Virus record (IMG/VR): IMGVR_UViG_3300042502_001233
Span: 62,001 to 126,000 of that record
Strand: one strand, 5' to 3'
Length of the DNA: 64,000 nucleotides
Below, one piece after another: positions 26,097 to 37,300 of the stretch (its first letter is position 1; every line of letters starts with the position of its first letter). Position numbers and translations under genes: made by a program. The notes under the pieces were generated by a model that worked only from the letters and a program-made list of their open reading frames with translations, did no database searches and was not told the origin of the DNA.

Positions 26097-27035
26097 TTAA
26101 TCTTTAAGTTTATGCGCGGTTTTTAAAAGTTTAACAATACCTTGGTTACCTAGTCTTTCGTATATCTTAGATGGGTCAAAACCTTCTGGTGGTCTAACTA
26201 TCCTAACTCTACCTTCCAAATCATAATTATCCAACTGCCTATATAGGTTTTGAGCATCTTGATAAGCGTCATCATCCAACACAACAACAACAAAAGACTT
26301 GGCTTTTTCTTGTAATAAATCAAATAATTTGTCAGAAACATATTTACCCAGTAGAGGTATTGAGTTCGGGGTTACTATATGGTCTGTGACACCTTCAACC
26401 AAATAGATTGTTGCGTCCCAATTAACTCTACCTTCATTGAAAACTATCTCTTGTTTTTCAGCGTCTGGGTTTAAGTATTTTATTTTTGTATATTTTTTGT
26501 CAAACCATCTGGCCACAAAATAGTTTAAGTTGTCGTCAACATCAAATGATGGAACGACAACTCTATTGTAAAAGTCTCCTTTGATTGTGTATCCTATGTC
26601 AAAATCTTTGATTATTTTATCTGTAATACCACGTTGATATAAATAATCTTTGGCTATTTCTGATTTGTAGTCTTTAAATGTACAGTCAGCTAGTTTCTTA
26701 TAACCCTCTGGTAGTTTTACAACAACTTTCTTCTGTTCTCTGTCTTTAAACTCATCAGGTTTTAATAAGAAATAATCCGCTAAATTTTTTTTGGTACCGT
26801 ATTTTTTGATTAGTTTTGAAATGGGTCCATGCATGTGGTTTGTATCGTGACAAACCCAACAGTTATAAACACCTTTGTCGTAATTAAGTTCTAGGTTTCC
26901 TTTTCCGTCACCGTTGACCAAACCTTTTTCAGCTGAACAAGCTGGACAATCAAAAGCGATTTGCCCAGTATCCTCATTATGCTTTCTAGGGTCACCTAAA
27001 AATGATTCGAATATGTCTACCAAATATAAACTCAT
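26097..27035 (-). CDS. DNA primase (zinc-binding domain + TOPRIM)
   Basis: CPAC...CWVC; RGI; FYNRVVVP; KYLN; VEGVTD; VLDDDA; DP. Confidence 0.9.
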   Translation of the reverse strand: MSLYLVDIFESFLGDPRKHNEDTGQIAFDCPACSAEKGLVNGDGKGNLELNYDKGVYNCWVCHDTNHMHGPISKLIKKYGTKKNLADYFLLKPDEFKDREQKKVVVKLPEGYKKLADCTFKDYKSEIAKDYLYQRGITDKIIKDFDIGYTIKGDFYNRVVVPSFDVDDNLNYFVARWFDKKYTKIKYLNPDAEKQEIVFNEGRVNWDATIYLVEGVTDHIVTPNSIPLLGKYVSDKLFDLLQEKAKSFVVVVLDDDAYQDAQNLYRQLDNYDLEGRVRIVRPPEGFDPSKIYERLGNQGIVKLLKTAHKLKD

Positions 27036-27055
27036 TTGGCAAAGATACTACTTTT

Positions 27056-27703
27056 TTAGGAAACTTGCAAATTACGTTTATTAATATACGCTAAACCACA
27101 AACATAAGCATCTGAAGTATCGAATGTTTCCTTTTTAAGTTTGTTGTTTTTGTCATAGAACCAAGTTACTTGTGGTTCCAATTCAGCGACTTTTTCCCAA
27201 AGAACATATTTCTTATCCACATCAAATGGATAAGCGCCAAACAACACAGGAGCGTTTTTAGCGATTTGTTTTTCATTTAGGTCTGTTCCATCCTTTTTCT
27301 TGGTACGAACCGCCATAAGGTCTGGAAATGCGTATTTACGTGCATCGTATGATGATATGAACTCTGGTACAATTCCAAGAGTATCGTAAACGGATTTTGA
27401 AATCATTCCGTTGAAACGTAAAAGGGTTGCGATAGTATAAACGTTATTAGATTGTAAAAGCGGTTCTTCAATGATTACATTGGTGATGCCGAAATCAGCA
27501 TAGTTAGATAAGAATTCTTTTTCGAAAATTTCTACTTTTCTAAATAATTCTTCCATTTTGCTTTCTGGTTTTGGTTTAACCTTAGGGGATACGTGGTGTA
27601 ACAATTTCAATTCAAGTTTGTCACCCAAGTCTTGAAATAATGCAATACCGATGGTTGAAGTTGACACGTCTAAAGCTAATAAAAATTCTGGTTCTTTTTC
27701 CAT
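27056..27703 (-). CDS. RuvC-like Holliday junction resolvase
   Basis: LLALDVSTSTIG, VIIEEP, DTSDA acidic catalytic motifs. Confidence 0.75.
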   Translation of the reverse strand: MEKEPEFLLALDVSTSTIGIALFQDLGDKLELKLLHHVSPKVKPKPESKMEELFRKVEIFEKEFLSNYADFGITNVIIEEPLLQSNNVYTIATLLRFNGMISKSVYDTLGIVPEFISSYDARKYAFPDLMAVRTKKKDGTDLNEKQIAKNAPVLFGAYPFDVDKKYVLWEKVAELEPQVTWFYDKNNKLKKETFDTSDAYVCGLAYINKRNLQVS

Positions 27704-27751
27704 ATTAAATTTTTATTACTAATTTAGACGTGTTTTTCAAAAAATAAAGTG

Positions 27752-28954
27752 TTACATAGTAATTTTTATCGATAAAGCTAAAAATTCATTAACATTTTTG
27801 GTAATGTGTCTATCCGTTTTAGCAACAGCGATAAGATTTCCAATGTCATCATACAACCCAACTTCACTAATTCTAGGTGTATTTCCAGAGCTAAAAGTTT
27901 TGTTAGTTGTTGAAGCGAACTCACCTCTATCTGCAATACAGTTGATTATTTGAAATACGTTTGTTGATACACTGTCTAAAGTTAATGTTGTTGCAGTTGA
28001 AGCTGATGTTGTAAAATTATTTACTATTGTTGGATGTGTGATTACTATAAAACCTTTATCCAAATATGCTAAACCTACTATCGTATCACCAGTTTGACCA
28101 ATATTAGTGTTGGTTTGCGCGTTAAATGTTTGTTTACCATTTAAACTAAATGGTCTGTTAAGTCCGTAACCTGTAGCCCAACTTAATGAAGGAACACCAC
28201 CGTTAGGTCTTAATATATTGTCAGAAAATAACATAGCAATATTTTGACCAAATTGTTTTGTAGTAACGTTTGTTTCGGATATTGTATTATCTAAAACATT
28301 CAAAGCTTGTTGATTGCTTTCAAAGGTAGAATACAAAGTATATGTACCACCACTAGTTGGTAATTCTAATTTAACTGTTTTACCGTCTATACATTCACCA
28401 AATGTTGAATTGTTAATTGCTACAACCAATATTTTATTTGTTGCAACACCACTATATGATGTATTTGAATAACCACCAAAATTTGTTGTTGTCGCTGTAA
28501 ATAAATTGAAATCCGATGTTGTTATTGGTAAACCAAAAGAACTGAACAAATTAACCATTTTATCACTAGTGTAATTTAAACTATTTATCACATTAAAACT
28601 AAGGTTTGTACCGCTAATTGTTGTTAAACCATTAGGTAATGTTTCCGAAAGAATGTTTACTGATTGTGACGATACTGGTTTGGTAATCATCCCACTAGTA
28701 TTTAAAATTAATACAGACTTTAAGGCTACAGCTGATGCAGTGCTATTGCTTGTTGTGTTACCAAAACCTATGTTACCATTAATAGCTGGCACTTCACCAG
28801 TGTTTAACAACAAAGATGTTTGGTAATTTGCGTCTGAATCACCTAAACTAAAAGTTTTGATTAATGAATTATTGGTAGACACCATTCTTTGTCTACCTAT
28901 TGGTGTTAACTTTGCTGTTAAACTAAGCGTTGTCGCTGTACTATTATATCCCAT
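27752..28954 (-). CDS. Putative tail/baseplate protein (tail-collar fibre DUF3751-like termini)
   Basis: KLTPIGRQ..., FSLGDSD.NY, ISEVGLYDDIGNLIAVAK; paralogous to 29592-31718. Confidence 0.6.
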   Translation of the reverse strand: MGYNSTATTLSLTAKLTPIGRQRMVSTNNSLIKTFSLGDSDANYQTSLLLNTGEVPAINGNIGFGNTTSNSTASAVALKSVLILNTSGMITKPVSSQSVNILSETLPNGLTTISGTNLSFNVINSLNYTSDKMVNLFSSFGLPITTSDFNLFTATTTNFGGYSNTSYSGVATNKILVVAINNSTFGECIDGKTVKLELPTSGGTYTLYSTFESNQQALNVLDNTISETNVTTKQFGQNIAMLFSDNILRPNGGVPSLSWATGYGLNRPFSLNGKQTFNAQTNTNIGQTGDTIVGLAYLDKGFIVITHPTIVNNFTTSASTATTLTLDSVSTNVFQIINCIADRGEFASTTNKTFSSGNTPRISEVGLYDDIGNLIAVAKTDRHITKNVNEFLALSIKITM

Positions 28955-28984
28955 TTTATATTTTATTAAAAATCCATACTTAAT

Positions 28985-29590
28985 TTATAAATTATTTCTT
29001 TTTACATCTCTGTTAATTTTGCTACAAAGAGGTTGAAGGTTAAAATAATGATTAAGTTTTATTATATCTGTTTCATTTATTGCAGATGATAAAGGAATTA
29101 TGTGGTCAATATCCCAACCAAACCCTTCTGTTCCATTGTATAAACCATGGTTATCCCAAGTCATCCAAGATTCAAATTTAGATTCCAAATGAGTTTTAAA
29201 TTCCTCAAATGAACAACCTAATATGTTTGCCGTTTTAGATGTTTTTTTAAATTTATATTTTTTAAACGAATTAGAAATTAGCGTTCTAATATTTTGAGTT
29301 AATTTATATAAACTGTCTATTTTTTTCCTATTTATTCTATAAATATTATTATTTATAATCTCTTTTTCTTTATTTTTTAAATAGTATTTTTTCCTATTTT
29401 CTTTAATTTTATTTGGATTATTAATATTATATGTTTTAACGTATTGAATAGGTTTATCTGGGTTTTTTTCTATCCAACTTCTTTTTTGTTTGTAAACTTT
29501 TTCTTTATTATTAACCACATACTTCTTTCTAGCTAATTTTTTAGCTTCTTTTTTTTCAGCTTCTGTATGATATTTTTTTACTCGACCCAT
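28985..29590 (-). CDS. Free-standing HNH endonuclease (paralog of 21950-22462)
   Basis: TSKT..ILGCSFEEFK..LES....WM.WDN.GLYNG...GWDIDHIIP...LNH..NLQPLCS.INR shared with the other copy; likely start MGRVKK. Confidence 0.85.
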   Translation of the reverse strand: MGRVKKYHTEAEKKEAKKLARKKYVVNNKEKVYKQKRSWIEKNPDKPIQYVKTYNINNPNKIKENRKKYYLKNKEKEIINNNIYRINRKKIDSLYKLTQNIRTLISNSFKKYKFKKTSKTANILGCSFEEFKTHLESKFESWMTWDNHGLYNGTEGFGWDIDHIIPLSSAINETDIIKLNHYFNLQPLCSKINRDVKRNNL

Positions 29591-29591
29591 A

Positions 29592-31718
29592 TTAAAAATC
29601 AAGAGATAATTCTATCATTATTGTGTTTCCATCACTTAAAGGAACTGGGTTAGATAGTTTACCAATACACACAAGGTTTTTACTACTATCATAAATCCCA
29701 ACTTCTGAAACTTTTATAGTTGGCGGGTTAGTTGCTGCATCAGTACTTCTACTTGGATTAGATGTAGTGTCGAATTGACTCGCATTAACTCTAATGTCGA
29801 ATATTGTTTTATATATTGTTGCTCCAATATATGTTGTTAAATTACCATAGAAAAATCTTTCGTCACCAAATTGTAAATCTGTCGGTGATGTGTTTGGTGT
29901 CATATTCAAAATACTAATAAGGTCAAAAGTTGTTGAACCAGTAGCTTTGTTTTTATCCAAGATAAATCCAATTGTTGATGAAGTTTGGTTTTCTAATAGT
30001 TTTGGGTCGATTGTTTCTCCAGCAACGCTAGTTATAGCTGTTGTTGTAAAATCAGCAACTTTCCAACTATCTGAACTTGGTCTCATACCTGAATCACCTA
30101 CTATTTGATAAACTAATTTGAATTTATCCGCATGGAAACCTAAACCATCATAACCAGCATCCTCAATTTTACGCATGTATGGTAATAAATCAGTTTCTTT
30201 AATTCTAAAAGCAATATCTTTAGATGATTGTGTATTGTTGGTTATTTTTATATATTTTTGACATGGCATAGCTGTTTGTAACCCAGCATTTGCGTTGTTT
30301 TCTAATATGTAAGTTAAATACATTGTCTCACCAACATTCAAAGCACCGCTAGACGTTGTGCCAGTAGGTGCGTTAAGAACCGCTGCTAATTCTGGAAGTG
30401 TCCAGTTTCTGTTTGATTTATAAGATATTGCTGACACAATTTCATCATCAGTAAACACAGCTATTTTTAATTGTGGATATATTTTACCAACAACTTGTGG
30501 TATTGATGGGGTAATATATTCTGGGTCTTCAATCAAGTCTATATATTCTAAATCAGTAGTGCCTAGTGTTTGAGTCGCACCAGTTGCTATAAACGCCATA
30601 CCTTGAGAAGTACCACTGGCTGTTGATGCACTATACTTATGATACATCATGTCAGGGAAATATACTTTAAAATATTTACCATTAAGTGTATCGGTATAGA
30701 AAAACTCACCATACAAATTAGAAATTGTATTATTTGTATAATGAAGGATAGATATTGATTTGCTTATTTCATCTGCATAACTTAAACCAACACCGTCACA
30801 ATTTGTTGTACCTGTAGTTGCTGAAGAATCACATCCAAATCTTAAGAAAGGATATTTTTGACCTAAATAAGTGTAAGAACCGAATTTAGTGTAATCTTCG
30901 TAAGTCGTACCAGTTATACCAGCTGGTGATTCACACCATACGTTATTCATGTTCCATACTGGTACATCATCACAAGTTACGTTGTTTGCAGAATCAAAAG
31001 ACAAAGTTCCAGTGTCCCAATATGCTGTTGTGTTACCAGTCGCTATTGTATCCCAAACTTCACCACCTCTATACACAATAATTTGTGAGTTAGATGAGTC
31101 GCCACTATAATTAGGTAAATTTCTATCAACAGTTACTGATGTACTAGTTTTTGTTTTAACTTTAAACCATAAATTAGGTAAAGCTCTAGTGTTTTCGTTT
31201 ACAATTAAACCACCACAATCATCATTAGCAACTTTTATTAAAATTATATCACCAACACTAAACCCAGAGGTTGCAGTTAAATTTAAAACAGTACCACCAG
31301 TCAACACACTATTTGCTATGTTTTCTGTGTATGCTATGTAAGTACTACCAGTTAAAGTTGTGAATACATTACCATTACGCATAAAAAAACCTCTTTCATC
31401 AGCAGCATTATTTACAACCGCTTTAACTACGTTAAGAACTCCAGCATCAATAGTTTGTAATGGGTCTGTAGTTGTTGATGGTTTGATATAGTATTGAATG
31501 TTAGGTTCTCTATCTACTGGTCTTAAAACCATACTAGATGCTGATAAAGTCACGTTAGCTGAGTTGGTATCAACAACTTGCTCTCTTTCGTAATTAAGTT
31601 CAGAATCACCAATAGCCCAAAAATTAAAATTTAATCTACCTAATGCTAATTGTTCTCTTCCAGTTTGTGTTAGTTTTATACTAACGAACGGACTTGTGCT
31701 TTTTATAATGTAACTCAT
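29592..31718 (-). CDS. Putative tail/baseplate protein (DUF3751-like termini)
   Basis: KLTQTGREQL, WAIGDSE.NY, VSEVGIYDSSKNLVCIGK; GATATTTATA motif at 31723-31732. Confidence 0.6.
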   Translation of the reverse strand: MSYIIKSTSPFVSIKLTQTGREQLALGRLNFNFWAIGDSELNYEREQVVDTNSANVTLSASSMVLRPVDREPNIQYYIKPSTTTDPLQTIDAGVLNVVKAVVNNAADERGFFMRNGNVFTTLTGSTYIAYTENIANSVLTGGTVLNLTATSGFSVGDIILIKVANDDCGGLIVNENTRALPNLWFKVKTKTSTSVTVDRNLPNYSGDSSNSQIIVYRGGEVWDTIATGNTTAYWDTGTLSFDSANNVTCDDVPVWNMNNVWCESPAGITGTTYEDYTKFGSYTYLGQKYPFLRFGCDSSATTGTTNCDGVGLSYADEISKSISILHYTNNTISNLYGEFFYTDTLNGKYFKVYFPDMMYHKYSASTASGTSQGMAFIATGATQTLGTTDLEYIDLIEDPEYITPSIPQVVGKIYPQLKIAVFTDDEIVSAISYKSNRNWTLPELAAVLNAPTGTTSSGALNVGETMYLTYILENNANAGLQTAMPCQKYIKITNNTQSSKDIAFRIKETDLLPYMRKIEDAGYDGLGFHADKFKLVYQIVGDSGMRPSSDSWKVADFTTTAITSVAGETIDPKLLENQTSSTIGFILDKNKATGSTTFDLISILNMTPNTSPTDLQFGDERFFYGNLTTYIGATIYKTIFDIRVNASQFDTTSNPSRSTDAATNPPTIKVSEVGIYDSSKNLVCIGKLSNPVPLSDGNTIMIELSLDF

Positions 31719-31775
31719 GTTTTATAAATATCTTTTGTTTTTATTTTAATAATAAATATCTAATAGTAAATAATA

Positions 31776-33245
31776 TTAGTATGAATTTATCGAATTAGTT
31801 GTAATTGTTATAGGCACTGTTTCACTGTAAACAATACTATTTAAAATATTACCACAAATCGTAGTATAATGTTTGGTGTTTTTAACTCTGTAATATAACT
31901 TTGTACCAGTTGTACCAGTTGCTATAAACGAATTGTTATAATGTTGACCACCCGAAAAATAATCAGTATTTCCAGTATAATAAAACGAACCAAAATTAAC
32001 ATCTGAACTAACTTCTAAAGTAAAATAACCATTATTGTTTGTTGGTGGGTTGGAAATATACCAACTGATAGTTGGGTTATTTGTATTTAACGCATTAACG
32101 ACATCAATTACTGGAAAATAAACAATTGTGATTATATCATTAACTACTATTTCACCTTCAAATATAATTCTTTTAGCGTTAGTTTTTGATTGGTAAAAAT
32201 CAATACCATTTGCCAAGGTAATACCATTTAACATTACAATCATAGTGCTAAAATTTTGCGGTGTTACTGAAGCATAGGCTTCATATTTGTTTGTGCTTGT
32301 GTTATAATAGATTAAATTATTACCTTGGTTGTTTGTAGCACCACTAACTATTGTAGTTGCCACGTTAATCACATCACTATTTAATACATTATCACCATTT
32401 GTTGTGTATATAATCGTAATTACATCATCTTTGGTTGTATAACCACTTAATGTTACAAGAGTGTTATCCACAGTATAATCTAAATCTTTAGCCAATACCA
32501 ATCCATTTAAAGTTAAAACAAAACTACCATAATAATTGTTGGGGATTGTAACTACGTTTGTTGGGTATGGACCTTCATAATCTGGGTCTGAATTAATAGT
32601 CCCATCATCAACCCTTAATATTGTTTGAGATAGCGAACCACTACTGATATAATTACTACCATTTGACGTGAACAATGGAGTTTCAGCTTCTTTAAACGCA
32701 ATAAAATAATAATCACTATTTCCGTTATATATACCATATTGTGTACCAAATACATTATTACCAGTGTATTGTTTTTTACCCATTTTATTCAAATAGTTAG
32801 TACACGCATCAAACGTATAGTAACCTTTTATTATGTAATCACCATCCAAACTTAAATTAGTGACTGGGATTGATTGTGTTGTTGCACTAGTAGCGCTAAA
32901 TGTTGAAAATTCTATGTTATTAGATTTATAAACAGCCGTTGATGAAAAACCAGAAAAATTTGGATTATATTTATATACTTGATATTGAAAAACAGCATTG
33001 TTTTGAATAAAACTATTAGTGTTTGCTGTGAATATAAATGTCATTGGTATAGATGAAGTATCGGCAGATAAAATATATGTATTACCACTTGTTGAACCAG
33101 TGCAGTCTATTTTAGAAGCGCCAGAAACTGAAAAACTAGGCGCGTTAAATATGCACATATCTGAACTCATATTAAAACTATTTATATCTTTATTTCTAAC
33201 ACCGTTGTATTCGTTTTGTATGTATATTCTCTCTTGATATCTCAT
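31776..33245 (-). CDS. Putative virion structural protein with tandem beta repeats
   Basis: LNGLVLAKDLDY...ITIIY / LNGITLANGIDF...ITIVY repeats; T/N/S-rich; structural cluster. Confidence 0.6.
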   Translation of the reverse strand: MRYQERIYIQNEYNGVRNKDINSFNMSSDMCIFNAPSFSVSGASKIDCTGSTSGNTYILSADTSSIPMTFIFTANTNSFIQNNAVFQYQVYKYNPNFSGFSSTAVYKSNNIEFSTFSATSATTQSIPVTNLSLDGDYIIKGYYTFDACTNYLNKMGKKQYTGNNVFGTQYGIYNGNSDYYFIAFKEAETPLFTSNGSNYISSGSLSQTILRVDDGTINSDPDYEGPYPTNVVTIPNNYYGSFVLTLNGLVLAKDLDYTVDNTLVTLSGYTTKDDVITIIYTTNGDNVLNSDVINVATTIVSGATNNQGNNLIYYNTSTNKYEAYASVTPQNFSTMIVMLNGITLANGIDFYQSKTNAKRIIFEGEIVVNDIITIVYFPVIDVVNALNTNNPTISWYISNPPTNNNGYFTLEVSSDVNFGSFYYTGNTDYFSGGQHYNNSFIATGTTGTKLYYRVKNTKHYTTICGNILNSIVYSETVPITITTNSINSY

Positions 33246-34015
33246 TATTCTGTAATTGTATTTGTTTCACAATTGTAATTAACATTGTCTGTTGCTTTAT
33301 AGTAACCCAAACCAGTAAGTGGACCACCAATACTTCCGTTACTGTAAACCAAGGACGTAGGAAAACCACTATTACTAGCTGTACTTAAAGAAAACACATC
33401 ATTTTCTGGATATATCAAATAAAAACCATTGTTGCTATTTGACCCTAAATTATATTCAACCAAAGATACTTGTGCTCTATAATTAACACCCAAATTCCAA
33501 AATGTTGTGTTTAAAAAATCCACAAAATCAGTGTATGTCAAACCAGTTGTTTTACCTGTACATGCTGATACGACTGTGTTGTTGGCTGGTATCCAATTTG
33601 CTGTTAATGAATTAACAGATGCAGACAATGGTGTTGTTATTTTTTCAATACCATTTATTACAAAACTATTTATAGTAAAAATAACTGTGCTTGGACCAGG
33701 ATAAATACCACAACTCAAACCCATCATATAATCTGGGCTTTCTTGCATGTTGTACCATGTAGCTTTTTTGTTACATGTGCTAAAATTTAATTCTTGTACC
33801 ACTTGATTATATTGAACTTGGTAACCGAATAAGTTTGGAATGGTCAACGCAGCAGTTTCTTCAGTATTTGATAAATTTTGTAGGAAGGCAGTAAACCCAT
33901 AAATTTGTATACAATCATTATTTTGAAGTTCAGCGTTTATTTTATTCGCATAGTTTATGTTACCAATTACATTGGTAACAAAATTCCCTTCTATATTCTT
34001 AATTAAGTTTAACAT
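33245..34015 (-). CDS. Putative virion protein duplicating the C-terminal domain of the 1137-aa neighbour
   Basis: WYNMQ.SP, VVSACTG.TTGLTYT.FVD.LN, AQVSLVE shared; ATATTTATA at 34019-34028. Confidence 0.7.
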   Translation of the reverse strand: MLNLIKNIEGNFVTNVIGNINYANKINAELQNNDCIQIYGFTAFLQNLSNTEETAALTIPNLFGYQVQYNQVVQELNFSTCNKKATWYNMQESPDYMMGLSCGIYPGPSTVIFTINSFVINGIEKITTPLSASVNSLTANWIPANNTVVSACTGKTTGLTYTDFVDFLNTTFWNLGVNYRAQVSLVEYNLGSNSNNGFYLIYPENDVFSLSTASNSGFPTSLVYSNGSIGGPLTGLGYYKATDNVNYNCETNTITE

Positions 34016-34026
34016 ATTTATAAATA

Positions 34027-34332
34027 TTATGGTATCATAATATTACCTAACTTATTTTCAGTAAAAAACACATTTACTTTTAAATTGGTTTTTTGTGATA
34101 TTATATCATTCAAATTAACATTTGATTTTCCTATTAAATTTACATCATAATCTGATTCTTCATCCCAAAACCCATGATTGAAGCTTCCAAAAATATATAT
34201 GTTAAATTTATCGTTTAATGTTTCTTCAATCGATTGTTTTATCGATTTAAAATTGTTTTGTTTGTCTATTGGTAAATCTGAAAAATTTTCTAAAACACCT
34301 CTAAAAAACCTTTCTCTACCTTTATGTATCAT
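34027..34332 (-). CDS. Minimal nucleotidyltransferase (Pol beta superfamily)-like protein (101 aa, likely start MIHKG)
   Basis: IYIFGSFNHGFWDEESDYDV fits hGS-x10-DhDh. Confidence 0.7.
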   Translation of the reverse strand: MIHKGRERFFRGVLENFSDLPIDKQNNFKSIKQSIEETLNDKFNIYIFGSFNHGFWDEESDYDVNLIGKSNVNLNDIISQKTNLKVNVFFTENKLGNIMIP

Positions 34333-34333
34333 C

Positions 34334-37300
34334 TTATTCATTAATTTCTTCAGTAAAACAATTGTAATTATTGGTGCTTCTGTATAAGTAATAACTTGAA
34401 TCAAAATCTTCAACAAACAAATTATTATTAGTGTATGTTAATATTGCTGGTGTTGGTCCATCACTTGTCGTTGTTATTGTAAACACATCATTCGTTGGGA
34501 AGACAAGATACATACCATTACCACTTTCGTTACCAATTGGTGTTCTTTCAACTAACGAAACTTCAGCTTTATAATCAACCCCAAAACTAACAAACATATT
34601 GTTTAATAAATCAACAAAGTTTGTATAAGTTAAACCAGTTGTTGTACCCGTACATGCAGATACAACTAAATTATCAGCAGCAACCCAATTTGTTGTTGCG
34701 TTAGTGACGAAACCAGATAATGGTGTTGTTATATATTCAGCACCGTTTATCATAAAGCTTTGAATTATATAATTAAAATCTGTTGCTGCCGAAATTGGAC
34801 CACATTTGAAGTGATTCATAAGGAATTCTGGGCTATCTTGCATGTTATACCATCCAGCTGTTTTTTCACAAGACACAACGTCTTCACAAAAATCACTATA
34901 TGAAATAATTGAATCACCGTTTATAACGTTAACGTTACCAATAAATTCAGAACCATAGTTAAATTGAGACAAACATACTCTACTAAAAGTTGTTATATTT
35001 GAACCAGTATTTAAAGCTGTTGTTGGTACATTACCAGTTGGAATATTTCTAGTAGTAACCTCAACAGTAGCACATTGCCCAGAAGAACCGTTTATTGGAC
35101 TTGGAACACCTAAAACGTTTAATGGGTCATTACAAAATATTGATGAATAAGGTTTATATTTTAATTTTTGTTGGTCGAACATGGTGTTTGTGTACACTTT
35201 AATACTACCCCATAATGTTGTTGACGGAATAACTTGTTCAATAAGGTCATCCCAATAGGTTGTGATTAAATTACTAAACTCATCCATTTTGTAATAATCA
35301 AAACCTAAACTAGATGTAGCACAATATTTATCGCTATTTAAATATCTATCATAAATCGCTCTAAGAGTTGGATAACCAGATAATATTTTTCTGGATTTTA
35401 CATCTATAAAATCACCCATTAAATATTCAAAATTTTCAATAGTTTTTACTTCGGTAATGTTGTCAGTTAAATAGGTAGAAAAATCTATATTGTTATCACC
35501 ATATGTAATAGTGTTAACATTACAACAATTTTCGTTTGTGTAATCAATTGCGTTATTTTCTAAATATAAAGTCCCACCACCAAAAGGTGAGTTAACATAG
35601 GGAATCCAACCATCTTCTGGTGGGTTTAAACCAATACTAGGATTAGATGATATACTAGTAATATTACCCGATATTACTGGAGGTGTAACAAAATTAGAAG
35701 TTTGAGTGGCAACCCAATCAGAACCATCGAAATATATTGTTAAATTTGAATTAAATATTGTAACTAGTTTTGTTGAAAACCATTTTTTTCCATTATATAC
35801 ACCCATATGTCGCATAGGGAAAAAATTAGATTCTGTGTTAATAGATTCATTAATCCACCTCACTTGAATACATGTTGAACCAGTTAATAAACATGGGTTT
35901 TCACTCATATAACACCAAACATCATATTCTACAGCTGATGCTATATTCATATTCAAATCAATTTCTTTGCTGTTGATAATTAATCTATCATCATTTACAT
36001 CATATTCTGTTTGACGAATAGGGTTTGTATCAAATACGTTTGTGATGTTAAAGTCTCTATAATCGTATTCAGTGTTGTTTAACCATGATTTTTTGTTATC
36101 TATTATTTTGGTTAAATTAAAACCTGGAGATTCATTTAATAGTATTGTGGAAACGAAACTATCTTCACATTCTCTCTGTAAAGTTATTTGGTCTATTAAA
36201 AGACAAAATACACCACAACTATTGTTTATATTGATACTTAATTTTATTTTCTTATTAGCTATTTGTGAAATTAAATCATCACCAGTTAATAATTGGTCAA
36301 ATGTAATCCAATTTGATGCTAATACTGTTGGTGATAATGCTGCGTTAAACGAATCGTAATCACTAGTAGTATCGTAACCAGATTGAGCAAATAACTCGTC
36401 GTAAATTGCATTTTTAACTGTTTCACAAACATTATCGTCTACAGTTTCTGGTAATTCTCCATTAGTGAATTCTGGATAAATCAATGGGGTACAACTATTT
36501 AGCGCTTCTGAAGCACCACAAACATAAAACCCACTATCGCTAGGGTGTTGTGTTAACCAGTTATACAAGCTTGTTGTTTGCAACCCAAATAATTGTAATG
36601 GTTGTACTGGAGTTAATGTATTATCATCATTAACCACGTCAATAGAAGCTGTTAATGTTAAATTTTCAAAATAATCTAAAATGTTTGTACAAGATGTGTC
36701 TACTATACCAATATCTATTGCTGATATTTGACCATTTAATTCATTAACAATTGCATCTGATTTTTGTTTAAGTATAATATTCTCGTTAATAGTTTTTTTT
36801 AACTCTGTTTTAGCACCAAAAGGTGTATCACACTCAACAATAATTTGATTATTACCTTGTTTAGCTAAATCATTGTTTAAATTATACATTTCAATGACGT
36901 GTTTACAAGTGTAACTACTTGGGTCACCTTCAATAAACCCAACATAATTATTTTCACCAATTATTTTTCTCCAATATTCTAACCCATCATTTATTATACA
37001 AAAAGTAGCAACCCTAGTTGGTAACGCAAAAGACATCGGTGCTAAATTACCAAATCCAGTTTTGCTAAACGCTGATTTTTGTTCACTATTTAAAGTTACT
37101 GTGTCAGCGCTAGTATTAGGTGCGATATCTGGTGATATTTGTTTTGAATTAGCGTCATATGGAAATAAATCGCAAACAATTGAATAATTGGTTTTAGAAT
37201 ATTCATCGGCCAAAGATGATAATTTATACGAAATTTGTTCTGAGTTTGATGTTTCTTCAGCTAGTTTATTTTTTAACGATATAAGTTCTTCGTTCTGACT

